Source of the DNA: Eledone cirrhosa
Taxonomy: Eukaryota
DNA: 64,000 bases
Assembly (NCBI GenBank): GCA_964016885.1
Contig: OZ024743.1
Coordinates: 145,080,001 to 145,144,000, forward strand
Direction: 5' to 3'
This document shows, piece after piece, positions 28,201 to 41,889 of the stretch (the stretch's first letter is position 1; the number at the start of each line of letters is the position of its first letter). The position numbers and the translations under genes are program-made. The notes below the pieces were generated by a model. That model saw nothing but the letters and a program-made list of their open reading frames with translations, was not told where the DNA came from and did no database searches.

Positions 28201-29309
28201 AAACATATTTTCATTTGCAAATTAATTGTGGAAAACGAGCTGCTCTTTTAGCGAATTGGCTATTAATCAGCCTAGACCCAGAGCAAACTGTTGCGAACAA
28301 TTTCCTCAATTGAATTCTAAAATAATTTTTCCATTTAATCTAAAATGGATTTTTGTTTATTTTATTCTCTTGCAAATTTTCTCTTTAAAATCAGCCACCA
28401 CAGTAAAACATGAACAAGTAGAGGTAAGGACAGAAATGAACCGAGAAGTGAAAAAGGAAAATAGTACATGGTATAATGATCATGCGGGCTAGTTTAAAAC
28501 CTCTGTTGGTGCTGGTGACGAAAAAGATAATATGAAACAAACAGAGTACTATATTTCAGCGTTCGGCATGTTTTTATACAACTCCTAAAATTATTTCCCC
28601 CGTGGCAATTTCCGTTTCCAAGTTCTGTCTTTTCTAATCAAAGATAAAGAATAGCAACATTTTTATGTATATTATTGTAATAATAATAATAAAAGAAATC
28701 ATCTGTTCTATAATGATCCACTTCCCACCACCTACCGACTCTCCTCCCCCTCAACAGAAAACCAGTGGAATTATCCAGCTACAATAAAGGTGTGTTTAAT
28801 TAACTCGCTCAACATCATTTCCTGAGAAGTGGCATTGTGTTGAATTTAATAACACATTATTCAATATGTAAACACATTTGTTATTTTCTATCCATGTTAT
28901 AATGTTTTCCTTCACCTCTCTCATTTTTTCTTTCCATCACCGTCCTCTTTCTCCTTCTCTCACTTCTTCTCCTGCTCTATCAACATTTCTTTTTCCTTCA
29001 TCCTTATTCCACCTCCTATATTATCTACTCAGCACCACCTCTCTATATTGTTATACATTTCCTTCAATTTTCTTTCTCTTCGCATGATAAGCCTGTTTTG
29101 TGATAATGCAATTGATTCTGTATATTTTAATTATATATATATATCTCTATATATATATATATATCTGTGTGTGTGTGTGTGTGTGTATGTGTGTGTGTGT
29201 GTGCGTATGTGTGTGTAAGTATGTGTGTAAGTGTGTATGTGTGTGTGTTGTAGGATATATATATATATATTATGTATGCATACATATTTATAAACACACG
29301 CACTAACAC

Positions 29310-29353
<44 letters not shown>

Positions 29354-29376
29354 ATGCGTGTGAGTATACATATATA

Positions 29377-29410
<34 letters not shown>

Positions 29411-29599
29411 TAGATAGATGGATAGATAGAGAGATAGATAGTTCTTTTGATGGATGACTGTAATATTAGTATTGTATTAAAATAGATGCCACTAACGAAA
29501 GATAGATGATAGCTTAATGTAAACTACACAAATATGAATTTGAGAATAGATCATTAACACCACCAACATATCACCATCCCCCTATTGCTATTAAATTAT

Positions 29600-30195
29600 T
29601 AGACAGGAGTATTAGCAGAGCAGGACAATTATATGTTTTGTGATTTTTATTTATGCCCCTTTACCTTCCGAGTTCAAATCTCGCCAAAGTCAACTTCGCC
29701 TTTTATTCACCTGGAGTTGATGAAAATTTAGTATCAATCGATTTAGAATTGCTGGCCTTGTCCCAATAGTATAAATCGGTGGATTGGCAGTATCGGTAGA
29801 GGGTTGGACGCCATGCTTTCCAGCATAGTTACGTCCCTTTACGATCTGAGTTCAAATCCCGCCGAGGTTGACTTTGCCTTTCATCCTTACGGGGTCGATA
29901 AAATAAAGTACCAGTAATGCACTGGGTAATTGCTGGCCTTGTGCCTAAAGTAGAAACAATTATTAATATTATTATTAGTGGGGTGGATTGGCAGAATCGG
30001 TAGAACGTCGGACCAAATGCTTCGCGGCATAGAATTACGGCCCTTTACGTTCTGATTTCAAATCCCGCCGAGATTAGCTTTGCCTTTCATGCTTACGGGG
30101 TTGATAAAATAAAGTACCAGTAAGCACTGGGGTCGATTTAATCGACTTTCCCTTCCCCCAAAATTGCTGCCCTTGTGCCTATATAAGAAATCATT
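29600..30195 (+). mobile_element. Three head-to-tail SINE family A copies
   Basis: About 29600-29775 (old), 29777-29962 and 29980-30195 (longer 3' variant). Confidence 0.85.
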
Positions 30196-30639
30196 ATTAT
30201 TGTTGTTATTGTTTGGTCTGCCAAGACGTATTTCAATATCCGTAAGTTTTTACATTGTATATTTTTGTAACAAACTGTGGCGCCACACATTGCATTGTTA
30301 CGGTGACCCCATAATATTTAGTCAGTATCGCCAACAGCAGCACCACCACTAACAGCAGCAGCAACAACAACAACAACAACAACAATAACAACAACACCAA
30401 CAACAACAGCAACAACAATAACAACGTCACCAACAACATCAGCATGAATAACGACAACACTATCAGCAACAATGAAAAGCAGAAAAACAGTCGCACCAGA
30501 AAGAATGACAACAACAATAGCATCAACAACAGTAGTACTTTCGCAGCCACAGTGGTAATGAGTTAAACATTATACAATTTTGACTTAACAGAAAAAAATG
30601 AACACGAGCAGCAGCAACAGCATCAGCAAGGACCATTAA

Positions 30640-32490
30640 AACCACACAGGGAGTCTCCCCACTTTCAAACACACACACACACACACAGAGAACAACACTA
30701 ACACATACATAAACACACTCCCACTTCCCTCTGACACAGAATCCACAAACCCCAGTTCCTTCACATTTCCATTTCCAAGTGAAGATGATGGAGAACCCCA
30801 AAAACCAAAAAGGAAAAAAGAAAACACAAAAAGAAAAGGAAAAATTCATCTCCACACACACCAACAAGCACACAAAACACACCCAGAGGAAACACAGACA
30901 TACCCACAACAACACCAACATCACAACCGTCAACAAAAACACAACCACCACCAACAACAGCGACACACCGCAAATCATGCCCCTCAAAAGAAAACACACG
31001 CAGATACCAACAAAGACAGACACACCTAACTTCGAGATAACAGTAGTTTCAATAGGTTTTAGTAAAGAAGTAGCGTTAGAAAAAATAGAAAGGATGGGGA
31101 GCTGGTAGCTAAATTAGACAAGGCTACATGTAATAGCATTGCAACTGACGTGCTAGCGGCGAGAATGGCATTTGACCATTTCTTCAATGCGAAACACGAA
31201 GGTTGCATTGTCAGAGCTAAGGCGCATGCTCTAAGAAACGAGGTAACCAAAATTGTTCGATGGGCCCGCATAGCAGAGGCGCAGCGTGGTAACAAAACCA
31301 TAATTCATTCTTTGAAGGACCTAGGCAAACGCGAGCTGAATGATTCCAAGCAGATGTGTGAGGCCTTTCGCCAGACTTTGCTCGGCTGTTGGGGGGCAGT
31401 GGGGGTCGAAGACGGTAGCGGACACCAGTCCCTACCTCGACGGCCTACAGCATTTCTCACCAGCCGATGCTGAGATTCGACATGCCCTAATCGGCTGCAT
31501 GAGGCGCAAGTCACCCGGTTTGGATGGTCTGCCCTACGCGCTTTATGTAGATATGCCAGACTTGTTTTCCGATGTCTTCGAAGCGCTCTACTGCAACTGA
31601 CAGTCGAACGGGAGTATTCCCATTTCTGTGAGCCGGGGCGTAGTGAAGTTGATAAGGAAAGACGAGGACAAGAAAGATGCCTTAGATAACTCTGCTAAAA
31701 ACAAAGTTTAAGATTTTGGCCAAGGTGTTGGCGAAGGGGTTGGCGCTTGTCGTCGAGGATTTGGTAGGGGAGACGCAAACTTGCGTAATCCCTACCAGGT
31801 TTATACACGACAACCTCCACCTGAAATTCATCATAGAGAGGGTAGGATGTAAACCTGGCTTCGGTGGGGCGCTGATCAATTTAGATCAATCGAAAGCTTT
31901 CGATAGGGTTGACCATGGATACCTTAAGGCTGTCCTCAAAGCAGCTGGCTTCGACCCCGTCTTCAGAGACTGAATCGCTGCAGTGTACAGCGGCATCTGC
32001 ACAATGGTCAAAGTTAATGGCCATCGTACGGAACTGTTTCAGATCTCCCGATCTGTCAGACAAGGGTGCCTCCTCTCCTCCCTTCTGTACGTATTGACTT
32101 GCGAGCATTTTCTGCGGAAACTGGGGCTGTTGTAGGGCATCCCGCTCGAACCGGGACGCGGAAAGGCTATGTCGGCATATGCAGAAGACATCACCGTAAT
32201 GGTGTCGAACACCGCGGAGATAACGGTGGTCGGCATCTTGTTGGAGGAAAATGAAAGGTTGACGGGAACAAAACTATATCTGGAAAGGTTGGTGGGCTTG
32301 CAGCTCGGCACCTGGAGAAGCAAGTCCATGTCGTGCAACAGCGTCGTCGGGTGCTGAATGGACGGACCGGTAAAGTTGATCGGGGTTTGGTTCGGTCCAG
32401 ACCTCCAGGCGGATAAGAATTGTGACGAGGTTACGATCAGGGTAGCCACTCTCACCCAGAAATGGGCTGTTAGGAAGCTATCCCTTTAAA
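30640..32490 (+). mobile_element. Second Tx1-like LINE, internally deleted and 3'-truncated
   Basis: HEGCIVR, KSPGLDGLPY, DQSKAFDRV, RQGCLSS, AYAEDI; ORF1-like tail joined to the linker with no APE domain. Confidence 0.85.
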
Positions 32491-32492
32491 GT

Positions 32493-32883
32493 CTGGCCGT
32501 CAGCCTTTATTCATAGCTGGACTTTGAAAATGTTTATTTATCAAACATGTCGTATATCTTTAGATATACGAAATTCACATGCATATATTCTACTTTTAAG
32601 TTGAGCCAACTTATACAGCTTCAAATGTAAATGAGGTTAATCAGCCCACCTACACAGGCGAAAATACTATATATTCTCGCCTGTTCTCAAGTTACAGTAG
32701 AAAGTAGCAGAGAAGCACTGTCCCGGTGAGAGCCATTAGCTTAAAATGTGCATATACAGGTATCCCTCGCTACTTCTGCTGGAATCCGCTAGACGACGCT
32801 GGCCGTCAACCTTTATAGCTGGGCTTTCAAAACGTTTATTTATTAAACATACCGTATATCTTTAGATATATGAAATTCACATG

Positions 32884-32886
<3 letters not shown>
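32493..32886 (+). repeat. Element with about 90-bp direct terminal repeats
   Basis: 32493-32586 matches 32798-32886; related to 3340-3765. Confidence 0.65.
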
Positions 32887-32972
<86 letters not shown>

Positions 32973-33051
32973 ATGTGGTTGACGGCTGAGAGAGAGAGTA
33001 CTCAATACCGAAGTAGAGTTTTGATATTTATTTTATTAAGACTAAATGATT

Positions 33052-33135
33052 AGTCTTGTTACTCGGGAGTTTCACCTGTTTATCAGAGGATCATCAGACC
33101 TATATTAACAGGTGAAACACCATAGTAACAAGACT
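33052..33135 (-). ncRNA. Hammerhead motif in a mini fold-back
   Basis: Minus strand: CTGATGA-tcctctgataaacaggt-GAAA-ctcccgag-TA; stem I only 2 bp; inverted repeat 33052-33080 / 33107-33135. Confidence 0.6.
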
Positions 33136-33399
33136 CACTATGTACATATGTGCGTGTGTGTGTGTCAGTAAAAAAGGCTGTCGTTTATATCAAAACACTC
33201 TGTAATTTGGAGTAGCAAGAAAAAGAAAATAACACAACTAGAACAAATAATTCTCACACCTGGCCTGAACTTTGTTGCCCCAAGTGCTTTAATCTGGGTT
33301 TCTCTTATTGGCCTTTCCAGTCATAAAAAAACACGTGAGTCGTTATCTGGCCTTCCTTAATATGTTCGTTATCAAAGAACCCGTTACGAAATACTATTT

Positions 33400-33960
33400 T
33401 TAGCAGAGCTGTTCTTCTTTGATGCGCTGGTCTCGCTCGAAATGTCAGGATTTTTTTCCTGCAGCAAGCTAACACTCATTAATTTTAAACTTTATTAAAA
33501 TGGGTTTTACCGACGAAGATCATCAACAATTTCCTCAGATTATAGTGCTTAACCTTTTTCATTAAAATACCTTGCCCAGAAAGTACATTTTCGTAATTAA
33601 AATAATTATTTCATCAAAAATATGACAACATATTTATAAAGTGTAAACAAGACTTGGATGATTTACGGAGCATTGGGAGATGTTTCAAATTTTTAAATAT
33701 AGTCATCACTATGCAGGTAAGTATAATAATAGTTGACAGCTATAGATAATATTAGAATAAATCGTGTAAATTACTCTATTCACTTTTTACCATCTCCAAG
33801 TGTCAGTCATCAACTCTTATTATAGTTATCTACATTGTGGCGACTATATTTTCAAACACCAATAATGATTTTTTGTTTCTGCTTTAAATTCTAATATCAC
33901 AAATAAAATTAGATTTCATCGAGTTAATGTATTATTTTTATTTGAAACATGGTTGAAATT
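33400..33960 (-). pseudogene. Decayed LRR fragment
   Basis: YL*LSTIIILTCIVMTIFKNLKHLPML, YNLRKLLM. Confidence 0.55.
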
Positions 33961-34919
33961 TAGGATATCCTCAGATCAAATATAAAGCAGTCTTCATAAT
34001 CGTTGCTGTTTAGTTCTACATCTGGTCCGGTTGGGGATTTTTAGGATCAGAGCCGTGGTGTCCATCCTTTATTATAGCGGAATTTGACTGTTACTTCTAT
34101 GTAGAGAATTTATTGCTAATTTTTTCCGTGTAGTTTAAATGACATGGGTAATTACAGATGTACTTCATAAAATGGAATGATTACACCGATATAGAGTAGA
34201 CCACCGAACCGGTTTCTATCACTTGCATTCTTTATGCCACTAACGACATTTGGAAACGCATTAACGACACTACTTTCCTATTTTCCTCCTTAGTTTAGTT
34301 GATCCTAGTTAAAGGAATTACGTTGCTGATGTTTCGTTCCGAGTCGGCCCTGATTGAATAAATTTATTTTCAAAGACGCTTCACTCGTAACAATCCTGTA
34401 TTTTATTTTCATGCGTAGAGCACATAAAATCGCATTTTGCAATGTTTCCTTTCTTTTGAAGACAGTTTGGTGTGATACGAGAGCGTTTTTTCAGCAGATT
34501 GGGTGATCTCAACGCACTTGTCTAATAATCAAATCTTAAAATATGTATTTCAAATAATGTTTTGTTCATGACTTTGCCAGAGGTATTTAGCCATATAACT
34601 TAAATGACCAAAACCGTGTCGCAGATGAGCCAACGAGGGAGTTCCCATGTGGTCACTCAAGATGCTAGAAATAGAAGACAAATGTTCTTCAAATTACCAA
34701 CTATTATCATAAAAGACAGATACATTAGGCAGTGCAGTCCAAGATATATTATACCTGAAAAATACTGGATAGTCATGGGTGGAAAGCTGTTAAAGATCGA
34801 TCTGCTCGATAAGAGCTGTTTTAAAACTAAACAACAACATCAACTGCATCGCCGACCGGGATTCCTAGGAACTTGCCTCTTGCTGCTTTCCGCTGTTCTC
34901 GACGCCGTCGAATATATTA

Positions 34920-35860
34920 TTACAAGTTATAAGTTATTACATCTTATAAGTTTTAAAAGGACAGCAGTTGTGATATTTATTTGAACCCCTTTGTTCAAAA
35001 TCGTTAAAGTTGTCAATAAACTGAAGGAGTAAACTTTATGCAACTGATATTTAACAAAATATGGGAAAATGTATTTCAAAGATCTATATCTTTTCAGAGA
35101 AGCTAAATTAATTATTTGACAAGGTATGATGATGGAAATTGAATAGGAGAGAAGCTGACGTTGTTGTAATGTTTTGCACTGACGAAAAAGTAGTACATTT
35201 TAAAATATTGATGATATGTCCCATTAAGATCCATTAAACCAATCACTTGAAGATGAAACTTCTCACTAACAGAGCTGAGTCACTTGTAAGTTCTTTCAAT
35301 TCTTTTTACTGACAGGTGTAGAATATTCTTGAGTAGAAAAGCAATATTTTCCCTTGTTTTCGTTATTTGATGAGATTAGTAACGATTACTAAGTTTTCTA
35401 AATTTGACGAAATGTCGGAAGCTCCAGATATGTTATGTCTGTTTGCAAATATATTCAACTTCATATTATTGAAAGAGCATTTTTCTAAATAAAGATGTCT
35501 ATCATGAAATGCAATATAAACTTCTTGTAAACATGAAAACTTATGTAAATGAAGAATCAAATCATCAGTACACAGTCTTTCTGATATTGGATCAGACAAG
35601 GAGTAAGATTTCAAAACAGAATCGTATGAGATAAGAATCTGAATATGCTATATGATACTTTAATAAAATCAACATTGATCATGATGAAGCATATTGGCAT
35701 TGTCTATAAGTGAAATAAATTAGTTTTCGTTAAATCAAACAGCTTGTTTGGCAAACATAATATGAAAAATATTTACTAAAATCTTAATGCTTTGACTTGT
35801 TTATTTATGTTTCAAAAGTGTAAAAGTGGGTTTTAACTATTAGTAGACAATCGATTACAT
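34920..35860 (-). pseudogene. Decayed LRR fragment
   Basis: ILCLPNKLFDL, FSCLQEVYI..HLYLEKCSF, SNLENLVI, HTLSNN*F, FSLLTTLTILN. Confidence 0.55.
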
Positions 35861-36103
35861 TTTAAATCTTCATGCTCAGCTTCTAATTTCCGGAAGATCG
35901 AATACAGAGGATAGTAGATTTATTAGGTATCAACTATTACTTTACAATAGTCTACCATTGCCATACTGAGAAAATACCAAATTCTATTCATGAAAATAAA
36001 AAGAGAAATTGCCACAATATTATCTTTTATAATTTAAGAAGAAGGATAACAGAGTCAGTTTAAATGTGGGTCACTGGATTACACACACACACACACACAC
36101 ACA

Positions 36104-36167
<64 letters not shown>

Positions 36168-36173
36168 CCGGGT

Positions 36174-36255
<82 letters not shown>

Positions 36256-36256
36256 C

Positions 36257-36289
<33 letters not shown>

Positions 36290-36341
36290 GGCGTGTGTGT
36301 GTGTATATACATATATATATATATATATGCGTGTGTGTGTG

Positions 36342-36387
<46 letters not shown>

Positions 36388-36779
36388 TATATGTGTGTGT
36401 TTATATATACATATATATATATATGCGTGTGTGTGTGTATGTGTGTGTGTGAGAGAGAGAGGGAGAGACTCGAAAGAACAGCATACCTTCAATATTGGGC
36501 ATATAAAAAAATTAAAACAAAAACATTGTTTACATTTTCCTCGCCTGTCTGACGACATTCATTAAAAAAATATTACATAAGGACATTTTAATGCCATTGA
36601 AATGTACTTGGGTGTTGTGTAGGACAACAATTCCATATAACATATTTTTGCCCCTCCATCACTATTAGCAAAAGCTTTAGAGTTCGCTTGTCGAGTTGGT
36701 TCAATCTTTGACTATGAAATAGAAGTATTGCACGCCAGAAAGACTCTCCTATTTACAAATGAGTCTACCCGGGTTACAA

Positions 36780-37990
36780 AATAAACCCGGATGGGATTCC
36801 TTTGATGTATCGATAAGATCGTACAGCAGTGCAGATGTGTGCGCATTGGTTGAATTATTCGTCCTTCATTCCCTTAAAGGAAAATTCCCCAACCTCGCCA
36901 TTAGCCTCACCGCAACGACGGATTAGCAGTATCCCATAACTGCAACAAACATTCCCTAGATAATTTCCGCGAGGAACTAATACAAATCTTTTGCAACTTA
37001 GGACTTAAAATAACCGAAGATACTAATCTAATCAATGCCAATTCCTTAGATATTATCTTGTATTTAGCTACAGCAATCCATAAACAATAAGCCTAACGAA
37101 AGACTAAGATATATTCATAGAGGATCCTGCTACCCTCCAGTAATCTTTAAAAATCAATTCTGTAACATTAGTCGTATGATCTCTAACTTATCTTTCTCCA
37201 AGAAGATATTTGATTAGACAGCCCCATACTATAACAAGTACTTGCAAATAGCGGCTTCAGAGATAAAATTAAATACATACCCAATACCACCACTCAAAAT
37301 ATACGTAAAAGTAGGAAAAGAAATATAATTTGGTTTACTTCCCTTTACTTTCTAGCAGTGAAGACCAACTATATGATCCAGAATTCTTGGACAAACATTT
37401 CCTTCCACAGAACATAGGTATAGAAAACATTTCAACGGACAGTCGATGAAAATCAGTTACTCCTGTGAACTTTCCATGAAGGCAAAAATAACAAAAAAGA
37501 ACATGATGTAAACTTTGGCTGTTCATACAAGAAGGAAGATGAATGCCGTCTACAACAAACATGTAATGTCAGGCCGATCGTATTCAACGCTACCATCACA
37601 CAAGTTATAACAACCATACAACGACCAGAGAACGATATGTGGGTAAAACACAAGACCGGTTTAAACAACGGTACTATTTGCATATCACGTCATTCAAACG
37701 TCAGTGATTGAGGATAGTCACGGCACTCGCAAATAATATATGTGAACTGAAAGATAAAGGTATACCATACATGGTTAAATGGAACATCCTGGATAGTTCA
37801 TGCCCTTACATTAACGGAGCAAAGAGGTTTCCACTTTATCAAAGTGAAAAATTAAGGATATTTCAGGGGCTGAAATCTTCTGATAAATATCTAAACACTA
37901 AAAATGAATTATTTATTTAGAGGATGAGTTATTTAAATGAATTATTTAGATCAAACATCCTCTCAGCATGGAAAAATGTAGGCCCATACA
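36780..37990 (+). mobile_element. Degraded PLE (Naiad-like) RT 3' half and GIY-YIG
   Basis: ADVCALVEL, RKRNIIWF, FLDKHF, VKWNIL..PYING. Confidence 0.8.
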
Positions 37991-38283
37991 AAACACCACT
38001 ATCTTACACCATTAAATTGGTCTCAGGTCTACACACATATCACACAGCACCCAAACACGGTTAAATACAATAAGTTATGTATATAATTTACACATAAATA
38101 ACACACACGCCTTTAAAAAACACATATCACAGTCTACCTACATTAATAATATACACATAAATGCACACACTCACACACACACAAATTCACATTTACACAG
38201 CATATACATATTCAACAATACCCTACACATTAATAAAAATACACATTGACTATAAACACACATACAGATAACAGACATAACAA

Positions 38284-39559
38284 TCTAAACTATAATAAAG
38301 GAAGGTCTGCGGGATTGCGTACGGTTTATTTTTTTATCCCGTTTGTAAAATAAGTTGGATTACTTTGAATAAATAATTGTTTCTACTTTTGGCACAAGAC
38401 CAGCAATTACTCAGTGCATTACTGGTACTTTATTTTATCGACCCCGTAAGGATGAAAGGCAAAGTTAACCTCGGCGGGATTTGAACTCAGATCGTAAAGG
38501 GACGTAACTATGCTGGAAAGCATGGCGTCCGACGCTCTACCGATACTGCCAATCCACCGCCTTGAATAAATAATGAATGAATATTACATAATTTATGTAC
38601 TCAATTTCGTAAACAAAAATAATTTCGTAAAAATAAAAAATTTCAAATTGACTTCTTTTCAAAGTTACACTTCCGGTGTATCGTCGCCACCACCACCATT
38701 TCAACTACCATATATATAGAAAGAGAGAGTTTGTGATGAGAGAGATAGAGATATTGTGATTTTCTACACCTGACGTGTATGATTGTGCACATACATACAT
38801 CTATATATATGAGTCTATAACTATAATCGCGCAAACACAAACTTATAAAAATACACTCTCACGGACATAATTCACACAAATACACATACTTCACACAATT
38901 ATACATACATTCACACATATACTTTCACACAAACATACATACATTCACACATATACATTTTCACAACCACACACATACAGTCATGATAGCGTTCGATTTA
39001 ATTGGAGGTAAGATGGGAGGGTATATTTTCACACAAACATACATACATTCACACATACTTTCACACAAATATACATACATTCACACAAACATACATACAT
39101 TCACACATATACATTTACGCAAACATACATACATTCATACAACACACACATTTACACAAACACACTCATACAGTCATGATAGCGTTCGGTTTATAATTGG
39201 AAACGGGAGGGTAAAAAAGTATAACGTTTTATTTATTAACTCTTTTTTTAAAACTCATCTAAACTATAATAAAGTATTTCTGAAATGTCAACACTTCCGG
39301 TTGGCCATCGCTTGAATAAACATACTAATGTTCTCCTAATGCAGTTTATATATAATATCGTCTTTTTTCATGTATCATGGATTACGTTACTGATTACATA
39401 AGACAGTGTAACAACGTCTTCGTTCAATTTATGTGTATATTGTCAATTACGATTTTATTTGATGTATCATATCTACATGTATATATACCTGCGTATAATA
39501 TCAATATACACACTACACAGGCAAGCAGAAAACCACCCGAAGGGTTGTTTTTCTGCTAG
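38284..39559 (+). mobile_element. Composite non-autonomous Helitron
   Basis: A|TCtaaactataataaag at 38284 and again at 39258; 3' hairpin aaaaccacccgaagggttgtttt then CTAG|T. Confidence 0.75.
38378..38561 (-). mobile_element. Full-length SINE family A with 13-bp TSD
   Basis: ttgaataaataat at 38365-38377 and 38562-38574. Confidence 0.9.
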
Positions 39560-40123
39560 TTACAATTATAATGACATTAAAAAATATAATGTTACAGACA
39601 CAGGTATTATTCTTCCTGAATTACATTGTTATTACCTCCCTTGCATTTAACGATATCTCATGTATAAAGTAACGTCGGCCATCTTGGTCTTGCTTGAAGG
39701 AATAGCAACGCTAGCAGATGCACCGTCTCTAAGAACTATGGTAGAATAAGCTTTAAAATATTAGGTACCATGCATCTGTGTCGAGAATTTATTTATAACA
39801 GGCTTCTTCTTGCTACTGGTACCATGTAATCCAATACAACCTGCTTCATTGTTGAGTTGTCGGCAACTCAAGCGGCTCCCTCACCAGACCAATGTCTGAA
39901 CCCAGAAGCACAAAACGTGAAGCTGTTAAAAGGGCAGTGAATTCTTCAGAATCAACGGCCATCCACCCTAATTATGGGTTAAATAGTCTCACAACCCTCA
40001 ACTGGCCAAGCATTTAGAGTACGGCTACACACCTGACGTGATCAAAAACAAACATAAAGCGGAAGACTTTCCTGCAAAAGAAGTTAAAAAGCCCTGAATT
40101 GGATTGTATATATATATATATAT

Positions 40124-40240
<117 letters not shown>

Positions 40241-41019
40241 GACAGGATTGCGTATATTTTTCGTCTAACAATTTACACCCCAAAAGCATTGCTTAAGTAG
40301 AGGCAAAAGTTGAAGACACTTGTGCAAACGCTACGCAGTGGGATCGAACCCAAAGCAATGCAGTTGCAAAGCTAATTTCTTGACCACATGGCTTTACCTC
40401 CTCCTATAGTTGATTTATTTCTGTTGTTAGTTATGTTTACTATTTGATATGAGAGAAAAGTTAAGACCAGTGGCTAAGTGGTTAGGGTGGTGGAATCATG
40501 AGTTTTATTCCCTGGCCTGTGGATGTCTTGTGTTCTTAAGAAAATCAATTCATATCGTGTTGATCCATTTTAATCACCTGAAAATTAGTGCAAGCGCCAG
40601 CTGGGAATAGCCCTACAGTACACATGCGCCCAACCCAAAGTGCTCTCAGGTGCTTAACGCATCGTCAACCCGTGCAACCAAGGAAAAACGGGCTTAAAAT
40701 ATAACTTTAATACATTCACTCTAGTCTGAAAAAGACGAACATCATCCGTTAATTTTGGAAATATTCTCTAGCTGGCTAGGACTGTGTTGTTGATAACTAA
40801 GTTGGCATTGAAAATGTTGTTATTTAAACCCAGATCAAATCAGATCTGATCGAGTATACCTATGATGAAAGGTGTTTCAACCGTGACTATTCTGTTTACT
40901 TTAAAGCGTAGCGTATTTAAGTGTACATTATCCAATATATCTCGTTCTTTTTAAGACGGTAGTATGTGATTTGATGGAGATTTGGCAATTACTTAGAGGT
41001 TTTCTTTCGTTGTCTATTT

Positions 41020-41889
41020 AAGGATGCAGTTATCGATTGGAAAATTAGATCTAAAGGGCAACTCTGGTTAGGATCTAAAAACAGATCAGAGAAGAATAAG
41101 ATTTAATATTGTTAGATATATAATGCAACTTTAGCTATAACAATCCTCAACTAAGCCATTCCTGTAAATAGAAATTCTACTGATAACGACCACAATATTT
41201 GCTGTCCGTTTTGTATTCCAAACCCAACAAACTGCCTTCACTCCACCTGTGTAACCACCAAATGCAAAATATTTGATCACTTCAATCTAAATAAAGGATC
41301 TTTTATGCGGTTGTTCACCCTTCTGGAAACAGCAGCCACATATCCCTGAGACCACATCCTACCGTCTTTAAAAGGAACAGAATGATCGTGGTGGGGATAT
41401 ATTTAGTTATAAACATATTCTGTGAGAGCTGAGCCGGGACTAAAAAACAATAACAAACCAGCAAAGTAGTCACTCCAGTTTGTGTTACTTCCATTGTCCT
41501 CAAAGAGTACACCCCAGAGCTAGCTTCTAAACCCATCAACGGTTTTTGATTTTGTGGGGTTGGAGTTCTACAAGGCTTCTATGTCTATTATTATCATTTG
41601 GAAACGTGACACAAGAACTTCTTAATGATTTAAAGATATTCTCGCTATGAAGATTCCAGATTGAGTTTTAGATTCCCTGTTAAGTGGCGAGGAAAACTAA
41701 AAGAAATTACAAGAATAACTGATTGAGGCTCAAATTTTAAAATGGGCACCATCGTTTCTGGTTGAAGAAAAAGGTCTTAATTCCATCGTCTGTTTGGTTT
41801 CATTACGAAACTTACAGAAACACAGCAAATAGTCAAACAGTGTGGTTTAAGGATGTTGATTAATACGGATATAGAAAAATTAGTCTCAT
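41020..41889 (-). pseudogene. Possible 5' end of the LRR pseudogene
   Basis: ATG at 41889 (MRLIFLY), CFC, ENIFKSLR, LFTGMA*LR, LDLIFQSIT; interrupted by a family C repeat. Confidence 0.35.

Noticed and set aside
38870-39200. Regularly spaced attcacaca repeats
   Set aside because: Degenerate minisatellite with no unique spacers or cas genes; not CRISPR.
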